A stretch of 64,000 bases of DNA, from positions 186,001-250,000 of the forward strand of contig NMRA01000435.1 in the NCBI GenBank assembly GCA_002633005.1. Direction: 5' to 3'. The stretch is from Phoronis australis. Its lineage: Eukaryota; Animalia; Phoronida. A model generated the notes under the pieces. It had not been told where the DNA came from. It ran no database searches and saw only the letters and a program-made list of their open reading frames with translations. Below are positions 23,516-36,108 of this stretch, in pieces. Made by a program: the position numbers and the translations under genes. Each line of letters opens with the position of its first letter. Within the stretch, counting starts at the first letter, position 1.

Positions 23516-26500
23516 GGTTACACATCCATTGCAGATGGAGACTTCTCGCTACATTGTATTAGCTCCACAAATCTAGAAAATATAAAACACAAAATTGTAC
23601 AACTTCTGAAGAACAAAAGTTAAGGATTTTGTAAAAAGCACAAAGACAATGATTACTTCCATTCTTTCAAAAACAACTTTTGATTTAGACAACCTCACCA
23701 CAGTGGTCTCAGATTGTTCCTTATTCACCTTAAATTTGTTGCGGTGCTTTGAAGTTCAATTAGTTCACTTATCCCCCCAAGTGATTTTATTTTTGTGACT
23801 GAGAAGAACTACAGGACTACGATGATCAGAGGTTTGTATTGCCTTCCATGACAAACTACTTCCCCACTGCATTCTTTGAGGATATCACCCACATAATCAC
23901 TCTGTTGTGTGGTGATGTACACAAGTCAGCTTACACCATTGGACTGCTCAGGCACTGATTAAATGAAAACTGTCTCGTTTGTATTCATTTCCAGATGACA
24001 ACCGTTTCTAAATAGAGGCTGGTTCAGATATCAATCTAGTCCACTATTGAGCATTCCTAGATCCTGCGGTCTTTTGAGTGGCTTCACAACACGCAGGCCA
24101 ATTATCTAACATTGTTCAAAGAGTTACTGAAACTATTCAATAACAGGCACCAGACAAACATAATGCACCTACTTTGGCTATTTTTATTGTATTTCTTTGG
24201 GTGAAAACGATCCAAATGTAACTTGTTACAAGGAATTCAAATTCAGAAGTCAAACACTTTGAAAAACCACCAGTTTTAGTTTATGATATATCAATTTATT
24301 TTAGCCAATGTTTTATTTCCATGAAATCATCGTTATGCAGTTGTTGCTGTACTCGACACAACATGACATTAGGTCAGATTATCTGATAAACAGGCCTCTT
24401 GATGACAACGGAAATTGTACAGACCTATAGGCCTACTAATGAAATACAAGTTGTCATGTGTATCTAATATGTATCAAACATGGCTTCATGCAGTCGTCAG
24501 TTCTTCCCGCGCCCTTGTATTGACCATTTTGTTTTATCGTGTGACTTCCAGTTGTATAAAACCCAGCTCTAAATGTTTTGCCACTGGGAAATTGCTTGTT
24601 GATCAATCGGCTTGAATCGCCACACCAATGATACCAGGGTAGAGTTTCATAGATGCAAGAATCTCGCTAATGTGATCACATTCTTCGCTTGAAATACATG
24701 GAAATATCTCGCAGACTTGTGTGTTCGCAAGATTTTGGACCCTACAGAATACACACCAGGCTCAACTCAAGTCCCAACAGTTTGAATTTCCAACAGTTTC
24801 TAAAATCCAAGAAAAGGAACAAGCGTAGACCAGTTTCACAGCCATTTATTTCCTAAACTGATAAGTGACATAAATCAACGTTAACTTTTGACAAAAGGCG
24901 GGTTCACAGCAGCTTTGAATGAAGTCAACCCAGTCCCAATATAATTTATGACATTTGTTTGGGTAAAGTTCAATAACGCTAAGACCTCGCTAAAAAAGCA
25001 AAACCTAGCGAAATATTTCCGTGTATTCTAAATGAGAGCACGTGACTTTGGCTAGATTTTTCTTGCCGCAGGAGAGCTGCTGTGTCTGTGAACTCTTCTC
25101 TTTTTGAGAGAGGTTGTTCGCCACTCTTCAGGTGCCCAGAAAACTGAATTAAGTTTCAGTTTGAGCCTAAATAATATGCAGCTCGGATGTAAGTGGATCA
25201 CAGTGCTTAAATTAAACTTTCCAGGATCAGTAACAGGTGATATTGCGTGCCACCGAGTAAAAACTGCGCATGAAATTCGTCCTGCACACAAGTTGACCCT
25301 TCGTTGGTTGCCAGGGAAGCTCAAAATTAAACTGTCTATAAAACAGTGTAGCTAGTACGTCCACTGATTGTGGATAGTTCTTTGATGCAAAAACACCCTC
25401 GTGTACCTTAGGCAATGATAAAACAAGTTCTGCACGGACACGAATATGGCACATTACTCACAAAGTTTAGTTACTTTACTTCTGCGCTTTACTTTCTGGA
25501 AGGCATCACACATCCCACAATGCATCAGTAGCGCCGACTGTTTATATTCCTCAAAGTAGAAGAGTATGCTGCAGGGGACGTAACTCCGAGGAAACGATCT
25601 GTAGCAAACGACCAAACTCGTGCCCGAGAGTGTCTTAACTCCCTTCTTTAAAACCAAAAACGCCACGAGCACTCAAGATAAATTTAAAGTTTCGATAAGC
25701 CAATAAAAAAGAAAGATATGGTATATTTCAAAATAAAACTGGATTGCTGGCTGAACAGTAAAATCACGCTTTTGGGTCCCGAAGCCTGAGTCCCGAAATC
25801 AGTTTGCTTAGATTCCGACTAACCCGGTGCAACTACGTCAAACATGCGTTTGATGCTTGGCATTATATTTACAAGTACATCTTCATTTTTGGTTATCATA
25901 TTCATGACTACTTTGTTTGCCTTCAAAATTATACATTTTCAGAAAGATCATGAAATCAAAAGACACACCCATATCCCATATAATTCCAAAATTCCTCATT
26001 ACTTGCTGAAAGTAGGATGGTTTTTCCAATGGTTTGTGAATAAAATCTATATCAGAAATCACATTTTTGTCATTAGGTGACGGATTTTTTATTTTTTCAT
26101 TGAAATTCTCGGAAAACGTAGATACGACTCCTATACTATTAAAAATCCTAGCTGCATTATTGTGTGAAATTTCAAATTTTTGTATTAATACTTTATTGTT
26201 TTTAAACTTAAAAGTTGGTAATCCACGCCTGCCGCGCATTTGGCTTCAACCATAGCGTGTAATCAGTGTAACTATTTTTATTGTGTGTAGTTATACAAAA
26301 GACTTGGCTTCAGTTGAAGCGCCGTCTATCGAAAGAAAGATTATTCTAATTTACTCTGATATATTATTAGGTAATAAACTGAACTGCATCGGCCTCATAA
26401 AACACAATTATAAACCAGAGATAAAAATGTGAAGTTTACCTCGTGTTTGCACTTAAGTCGCAAAATATTTCAAGGACGATAAAAAGGCAAAGAAAGTATA

Positions 26501-29500
26501 GATATTACGTGCTAATGTTAAATAATTAGAAAATCTATTTAGCAACCGGAACTTAGACAGAGGTCAAGGAGTTCATTAGTTAAAGTCAACCACCCCAAAA
26601 CTTCGTACATCATGTTACAATTAAATAAAATGTATGACTCCTATTTTTCTCTTTTTCAGTGTGACTTAAAAATGAACAGTTTAGTTAACAAATATATTAA
26701 ATAAACAAAACAGAAACTAAGAAGTCAGGTAATTTAGACATACGCCAAATACTTTTTGCTCTTGCTTGCTATGGTGCTAAAAAGCTTCAACGATGATGAA
26801 TCTATTGTATACTGTAGTGGCCGTAACTCCGCAGTAACCGTGACATCAAGATTTTTGTGTGACGGCTTCGTCATCGTCCACTATGTTACCTATATCGTAT
26901 TTTTAAATGTTGTCGTCATCGTTGCCATTTTTGGTTGCAGTTGTTACTCTGGGCTTTGATCTAGAAATCAAACGCGAAATTATTTTTGCTATTTTTATCA
27001 AAGTAACTGGCAGCTTGTCTGTGCTCAGTAACATTTTGGTTTATACCTGGTTTATACATACGAGTTTCTAGTCCAAGTTTGCGTTTGATGACCAATACTG
27101 GTGCTACAAACTCGAGTAGAAACATGAGATTTTGAGAAATAACTCGAAATTTTTCCTTCCCGACAGCAATGAGAGCCACAAAAAGCGTGCCTTTGCAAAA
27201 CTATGTCACGCGCTTACTTAGCCTATCTCCAGGACGAAGGAGAGTTCTATCGCCGTCACGGTGCAATCCGGGATGGCTTTATTCAATCAGTGTCGCCAAG
27301 TGTCGCCCTCTAGGGTGCCGTTTACAAATCGTTAGACAGAGTCTACAGGTTTGGCCTCTTCAACAGTTACCTATCCCTCCTGAGTATTTACATAAATCAC
27401 ACCCACAGACTCAGATATTACATTAAAAGACCAGTGTAATGAATTCACTAAATCTCTATAACGCCGAGTGCCACTTGTTTCATTCAGAGCCTAAACAAGA
27501 GAGAAAAAGGCAAACAAAGTAAAAGATTATTGAATTAAACGTGATTTTCCTAGTGAGCTTGAGCAGCCAAGAGATGCGAATTCTCCAGAGGGATTTATGT
27601 TATTCAGCAAGTCGTTGATATCATTCTCAAACACTTGGTTTTTATAACGTCTGCGCCAGACAGCAAAAAGTATCCCGTTTGAGTGGATGTCAATTTTTGA
27701 ATGCTTAAGTAAAATGTGCGTGGGGTAGAAGTGGAACGATACCAAGACACATTCCGTAAGGAAGCACGACAAAAAGAATCGCACTAAAAGAAGTATTACG
27801 AATTTGTTACCTTTATTGAAAAATCAGGTTGCCCTACACGCTCACTAGAGAAAGAACAAGTAACATCCGGAATGACAATAGACAGAAAACTCTGTTCAAC
27901 GATGATCCATTCTCGTCGCTTAATGTACAGTGCCAGTGATCAAATTCGCCTGGGGGTTCTCTTTTGTGTTGAGAATCACAAGGAATTTCATTAATAGCCA
28001 GCGATAGTTTGAGATTTTTTCGATATCCATCTCGTTGTTTTCCTCGCTCAGGATTTTTTTCTATAATAAGAAAAGCCAAAGATCGAGAATCTTTTTACAT
28101 TTGAACTGTTACATTAGCTTTCTGATTTCAATGTAAAAAGAATAAATATACCGATCAATATTGGCACAATGACAAAGGAATTCACAAAAAGACTTCTGGC
28201 ACTTTTAAGTACAGAATGGGGAGGGATGTAGGGAAATGAGTTATGCTTCGCAACACATTCCACGTCATCACACGAAATCTCCACATATCTTAAGGTTGGG
28301 CGTTAGAGACATCGTAAAACATACCTCCAGATATCTTTATACAACCCGATGTTTACTAACGAAGTACACTAATCTTTCCCTTCAGACGGGACTTATGTAA
28401 CACTGATAAATCTATACAATACCTTCGCCACACTTATAAAGATAATCTGCCTTGATGAAGGGTCATTGGTGTTTTGATAACAAGAAATACATTGAGATTA
28501 AATTTTATTTAGCAAAAAGTGACTGACAAAAACACTTTGGGCCAGGTATTTCAAACGGTCATAAGTAGCCGTTGGCAGTGTGCTGCTTTGAGCTCTAGCG
28601 GAAAAAATCACCAGCATTGCGCTGTTAAGCAAATCAAATCAAGAGAGTTACTTAAAAATCACAGCGGGAAAAATTTATATTTACTGCATCTTTAACTTTC
28701 TACTCTTATCTAGAGCGGAAAGATTTTACTCAAAAAACGTTATGCTGACAAAAACAAGTTTTAAACATTCGATATGGTTCGAATAAACTTGAAAACTAGG
28801 TGAATTAATTTATTAAAACGTTTCGTAGATTTAATTAAAACCAACCCCTTCCCAGTTTGATTAAGCAAATTTTCGTCACCTGTAATAACCGAATGATAAT
28901 TGCTGTCAGCGAAATAGAAGTGGCGTGTCGTTATTCAATGTAAACCACTGTACATTTGAGTGGGGTTCATTTTCTCCCCAACGCCCGATGTTGTCTCAGA
29001 AATCAAACCGCCCATTTATTCCTTATGACGGTTCAAAACAGCCGTATTGTAGGTGTCCTACTAAAATGACTTCGTTTTCTTTTACATTTTAAAGCAAACA
29101 TAGCCTATTCACGTTGGTTTCGTTCAAAACTTCACGCCACAAACGGTGATACGAACCATATTATACCTAAGATCTTTTCCATGAAACATCGTTTTTCAAA
29201 ATTAAGTTTAAGACAAAAAGACGAGTTTATTTTTTAGTTTTAAGCTAGAAATCCACTGTTTCGTCTAATAACAACGCGTGTAGAAACAAAGTAACTTTCG
29301 AAAATCGGTATTGAAATTCTAATGTAGATAAAGGGTAGAAGTTTACGTCATACCTTTGAAATATAATATCTTTTTGTCGAAGAAACTGATATTTGATGCT
29401 CAAAATAAACAAAATTACATTTTTGATGATTCATAGAAATCAAACGTTAAGTGTCAAATTTCATGTGATCCTGTTATTAAAATCAAAATATCTTCTATTA

Positions 29501-32500
29501 GTATTGTGGCGATACAAGATAAAATATTATGGAAGTTTTGTACATGCGTAAAGCAATAGTGAACCATGTCATAAGATGAACTAATGAAATCTGTGTAAAA
29601 CAAAATAAACACAAAAATATTCAGCAAATACAACGTTTCGGGCTGGACGTGCCTTCCCGTCATTACTTTGTAGACGGCAACTATCTAGAGGGAAGCGAAC
29701 ACGGTCAAAGTCAACTGAATCTCACAATGGTTCTCAAGCAATCTAAATATTGCATTTCATTGACTAGAATCCGGCTATCACAATTTGCAAATGTGTGTAA
29801 TTCATTTAAAAGCACTTCAGACAAGCGCCGTGTTGACGCTTGGTAAACATATAACGCGTATTACCTAACAGCTTAGAGTTTTGAAATTTAATTTATGGCA
29901 CTTTTTAAACATTCCTGCAGTTCTAAGCACACGACTCGTGTTGCCAAACTCCGCGAGAGTTGTGTCACCGCCCAAGTTAAGAGGAAAGTTCGCCACAAAT
30001 GGCACGCATTTTGAACAATAGCAAATCTTTGAACCGTGATCAAATTAAAGGGACGATAGATCGCGATAGAATTAAAGGGACAATACGCCCGCCTTCCACA
30101 ACATAAACCAGTCCTTGATTTAGACAGCTTGACGTTATGAGATTAGTCTCGGACAATTCTTTGCGAAATGAAACCGATATCGAGGCTTCGACAGGACATG
30201 CAGTTCGTTATTGCTGATGACAAAAGAATACCGAACTGCCTTTGCACACCCAGGAATCTCTTCTCATCAGAGTAAGGGACACGTGCGCCATTAATTCCGG
30301 CATTTTGCAATAGTGTTTTTGAAATGTTTAGGTAAAGCTGTGATACACTATTTTTGTACCTGTAGTCACGTGATATGTAAATAGTTATTTACAGACAGTT
30401 TACGTGTCTATTTGCAGGTTACTCAGGGGTAAACGTTGACTGATCTATTCCAGTTCATACAGTGTCCTGTTCTTTTGCCTGTGTTAAGGGCATCAAACTT
30501 AGGTATGCAGCCAGTTTTCTCTGCAACCACGTTCATTCGCGTTAAAACACGTGATTTTCCAAATACTAACTACACTAGTGTACACGGTACAGTCTCGTAG
30601 ATTTCGAAAAAACGATTTGCAAAGATGTTTCGTCTTATTTCTTGTGTTCTGATTTGTGCCATAAATGTAATTGCAAAATGAAATGAAACGGAGTCATGGC
30701 AACTTCGTAAATGGCGATGAGAATTGAAACACGAAGCGGCTTTCATTTACATATTCTTAAAATGGTTACTGAAGCAGACTTTGGGCATTCTAATTTCTCG
30801 TGGTCATTTCATATCAGTAAATCCCACGTAGGTTAAAATTCGCTACTACGGAATCTACATTGTCAGTTAGCGGGTGTCAGGTTAAACTGAAACGAGTTTT
30901 TAACATGTATAAAATGCAGTCAACGAGCAACTATCAATATTTACTTTCAATTTCCTCCAACTTAAAGATACATTTCGTTTACATTCATCAATACAAAACA
31001 CAGGATGAATTTTGTCAGTCGAAAGATATCAATAAAATACAAACATTTCGTAACTTTCAGCTCTGTTTGTGTTTGTCTTGTTTTACAATTATTTTAAAAA
31101 GTATTTTAAAAAATAGGCGGGATTTCCGCGGAAACCTCATTACCACCATCAAAAAGAAATCAACAAAAATTCATAATAAATTCTGTAAGTTTTGAAAATA
31201 TTTGGAGTTGTGTTGAATGAACATTATTTGGGTTTAAGCTTAGATTGAACTAACTTGCATTACAATCCGTTTTATAAATTTTTAAACTAAAATGAAGAGG
31301 AAAGGGAATCTTTAAATACGTTCCGTTTTTAACTCAACTGTCGGACATGCCTCGCATGGCTTGGTGAAATTAAACCTCCTGCTTCGGCCAATGACAGTGC
31401 AGTGTCTGGATGCAACATTCTGTAATTACGCGGCAATCAGTTTTGTGGATTTTCAGATAATATTTACCGCCACAGGGATGCAACTCTTGTTTTGACTACC
31501 CATTTTCATTCCAAAGGAAATTTTGACGTAATGGCACTTAGCGAACAAAAAACAGCTTATCAAACGTTAATGACTCCTCTAATCATGTGTAATCAGCCCA
31601 CAGTGTGTTATCTATCCTTTTGAGTGGGTACTCCAATTTTCGAGCTATGTGGAAAATTGTGGCAGATTAGATACTGTCTGATCTAGGTAATCCAAGAAAA
31701 AAAACGCCGGAGAAGCAACTAATTTTATTGGTTTAGTCATAAAAGTTGGCCGAGACGCACTGGACATTAATATTCGGCGTGCATGTCCAACTGAAAAGAA
31801 AACCCAAATTCAACAACGACCATTATGAAGTAATGTTTCTTTGCTTTAAAAAATGATACTCAGTGGACAAACGTGAACAATTCACCGCATAAACGAACGG
31901 TGACGCTGTAGCAATCTGACTAGTAAAACGACACTAAAAATTATGGAGTAAGATACAGTCTTATCAGCATGCTATACCAGCGACCGCATGAATGAATCAT
32001 GCTCGGGACGTGTCCGGATTTTTTCGTCTACATAATTAATCCCTTGTAATCGGTAATGTGTGAACCTACACTTCATATTTTTTCCCGGAAAGTTTAACTC
32101 CATCTCGAAAACTACGCCGCAGCGTTATTTTAGCCAAAATCTGCGATTTTCTTGTAAAAAATGCAGTATTCATAAACGCGGCCTCGAAAGCCCTACGCCA
32201 AGTGAATTTAAGTTCATCTGCGACCCAGTCATGAAAACATTAATTACACTTCTGGTGAATTTGTATTAAAATTGGCAATATATACACTTTTGTACAATAT
32301 ACAATTTCCGTAGAATGATACTTTTACACCTCGTGACTTCACTAATGCAACTGTTAACAAATTAAAGTGCTTCATAAATTAGTCAACGATTAGATAACAA
32401 ACGAGTACATACCAAGCGTTTGATCATGAGCAAGGGACATGAAAACTATTCCTAACTTAACGCAATATCATTGAGCAGCAAATCACAATATGGGATAACA

Positions 32501-34666
32501 CGAGCTACAGTGGACACCAACAAAATCACAAACTCTCAAATTAAACAAAAAAAGACAGACGCCTAGCAGTGGATCAGGGCACACAAACACAAAATAACAA
32601 AAAAAAAAAAACGTGCACCAGAAGAAATATGATAAAAACGTGCTTAATTTTCAGGAAATTCTGGTCATACAAGTGGATCGACTATATTTTCAGAAAATTG
32701 GTTAAAATTACCACCAGAAATGATAGCCTTTGTTTCCCCGGCATTACCAAAAATTTAAAAGAAAAAACACTAAGTCACTGACCCAAGCGAACTCACTACC
32801 GCCTAAGAAATAAGTTATGTCACCACACAAGTACGAAAATATTATTTCTAATAACAGGATTAGTCTGAGTCTACCAACTAAAAAAACAAATAGGCGAAGG
32901 AAGCCAACAGTTAGATAACTTTGGCCAGACAGAAAATAAAAAATCTAGTTGAACACAGGTAACACTGTAACGTCTTTCCAAAACTGTTCTCAACTTGACC
33001 GCGAGTTCGCTACAAAGCGAACATAAAATATTACACCTTTCCCCCACAATTCATAGCGGTTTCCAAGGGTTGGTTACTTCTAGGTACATTCCACGAAAAT
33101 AACCTGATGGAACAAACGCTGTGTTCAGTATAAACATCAATTGCAATTATCTTTCCCTAACACAAAAAAAAATGAACGACGCATCCCCAGATTATATTTC
33201 ACGCAAATTGAGAAGACATGTTTCGGTGACGTCAAAGAAACAGGCTCCTCCCTCGACCCACTCAGTCTATTTAGCATTGGACACCAGGCTTTACCGAAGC
33301 CAAACAACCATGCTCTCAAAAACAATATCAAGATCAGAATAAAAAAAATACAATTACTTCTTCAACCATAAATGTACTAACGGCTAATATCACACTTGCT
33401 CTTTACATTATGATATGTACACCACCTGTCAAACAAGACATTAAAACTTTCAGAGTAATTACAGACACAAGTAGCAACAGTGTAGTGCCATTAAACACCT
33501 ACAATTAAAGGGTAGGTATTACAAGGTAACGTCGAGTGCCAATTACCTTATGCACATTTAGTAGTTTCAAATACTTTTAAGGTTTATGTGTGTTACAAAA
33601 CAAATGTCGTAATTGACTATTTTCCGGATAGCCAGAAATGTCATATATCCAAAGGATTATTCGATGGTGGTCATCCAAACCAACACCGACAGGAGTCGCG
33701 AATATATTCAAGTAGACACAAGTTGTTCATAAATACAAGTAGACAGGCAACCCATATCCACAATCTACTCCCACGTTATCGCGCTGACGATCGCTTGCAC
33801 AACACATTCTGAATTCCAGATTGCAGAACCCGTTTCCCACAAACGTCTACAGCGCGCACGCGCACTTTCGCTATCCATAAAAGGTCAACCTACTATTATG
33901 AACATCACATGTAACCTTTTGAAAACATAAATATTTTTCATGAGTACTAAAAGTATCCATAAGATGACGTGGAAGACAGGAGGAATCGGTGAAAATGTTT
34001 AGACATGTAATTAAAATGGCATCTAAATCCAGCTTTTAAAAAATATTCAAACTTGGTACTTTTGAAAAATAGGCAAGATTCTTTCCTTATGTCTGCAAGA
34101 AGTTTGAGGGTAAACCAAGTCACAAACCCTAAGAGTTGACATGTATGGTTGAATACAGCTTTTCACCTATTAGAATAGCAGTTTCATTGGGATTACAAAA
34201 AAAACAATACAACTTTTTGGTGGGATCACCTGAAAAATCGTTCTCTAAAAATGGTTTGAACATAATTGGGTAAGAAGTCCAGTCAACTACTATGGAGTTA
34301 ATGTGAGCTACTACCAGGATAAAAAAGAAAATTTTTGTATTTGTTGGGAAAACTGCAGTTAAACAAGCCTGACCAGGGCAAGTTTAAATCTAAATGTACA
34401 TGAACTTCTGTAGTGTTTAAATTATGCATTATTAATACACCTGCCAAGTACAGCATTCTATGCCCACATATGCTTAGGATCAAACCCACTGTGAAGACTA
34501 TTATAAAAACTGCAATTAACAAAAAATTATACAAGGTTAATACTACTAAACTTTAAAACAAGGTTCCAACAAGTCTTCAAATGGCAGTAACATTTTTCAA
34601 AGGAGCAATCCTAGTACATATATCTGTCAATGTGACACTTGCCCCATCTGTTGGATGTTGCTGTGA

Positions 34667-34746
34667 GACAACTATAATGTTTTTACTATCTCTGTAAAAA
34701 AACAGGGACAACTATAATGTTTTTACTATCTCTGTAAAAAAACAGG
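34667..34746. repeat. 40-bp perfect tandem duplication
   Basis: gacaactataatgtttttactatctctgtaaaaaaacagg occurs twice. Confidence 0.9.
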
Positions 34747-35032
34747 GCCCCCTCACTTTTTCCCTACATTATAAATATCATTTGTACAAATCTTTACTGT
34801 CCCAAACTCCTGTTAATGTGAAATTGATTACAGGTAACTTGATTACAGTTATATTTCAACATTGGGCTTTCAAAAAACTTTATAATTTTCACCAAACATT
34901 CCATAGGTGACACAGCAAATCAACAAAAGCCGCCTGAAACAAAACACTTCACAGTACAGCCAGTCACTTTTGCTACTATGCCATGTTTTATTCCCATAAG
35001 GTACTAGGCTGACATGATCCACAGCCAGTGGC

Positions 35033-35038
35033 TTTATT
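35033..35038 (-). promoter_or_regulatory. Candidate polyadenylation signal of the NB-ARC-TPR gene
   Basis: AATAAA on minus about 1.1 kb past the stop at 36109; a second copy lies at 34987-34992. Confidence 0.4.
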
Positions 35039-36108
35039 ATATAACCAGTGACTGAGCAGGACATGATAAAAACTAGATCAACATGTTGGAATGTGATTAT
35101 CAGGGGATTACATGTACTGAGAGTTACTTCTGGGTGAACTCACTGCCACACAAAGGGACATAACTATATATCTAATTAACACTCTGCATGCCCTCACAAA
35201 CCTAACAGGGTATCCTAGCATTAACACTTGTAGCCTAGAGTCAAAAGGATGTTACTTAGCACTTGGTACATATGAGAGAAGAACAGGAACAGAATTCACA
35301 ACAGCGACATGGCGGTCGACCGCGTCACCATAGCTGTCAACCAGGTCACAGTTTAGACTCCCTCGCTCAGCATCCACCACCTCACCACATATAATCGCTA
35401 TTGCGACGAAGTCATCCCGTCCTTGACACCCGTTTTGGCCTTTCAGCGGCAGTAAGCTGTGGGTCAATGCTTGTTCACCATGTCGTTATTTTAAGGGACT
35501 GGGTGACCACATTGCTTCCCTATGCGACAAGCTGGAACTTGCTAGAATGTGGTGAAATACCTGACACCATATCCCTATCCCTCTCATGGACCAAAACTCA
35601 ACCAGGCCATTCACCTCGTGAAGCAACAACTGGACCGTCTTGTCATTGTTGTGAATTCTATCGCTCATTTGCTGCGATTAGTACAGCACCAGGTGCTAGA
35701 CTCACTAATATATTTGTTATTATTGATTTGTGAGACAATTTCTATTTGACTGGCTGATATTTACAGACACACTGTGCAGTAAGTGGTAAGCCAACATGTT
35801 TCCACACACATCCCATTCAGTAGAGCAGTGGATGTCATTGGGATATGTACTCCGTACCAAATCCAATGTTGGGCTTCCAGATAAGTTATCATTGACCGGA
35901 GGGCCAGCAACTCCTATTTGCAGTGTAGCTATTCACAGACAGCATCCAACTGGGGGTCGCATATTCTTCTTGACAACCCACTGAGTGGCATAATGCAGGG
36001 ATCGATCTGCATGCCATCACACGACCCCTCACAGTCAGCCATGGGGGAGTTGAAGTCACTGGACTCCCACAGTCACTCTATGTAACCACTTATGTAAATT
36101 GTATGTCT

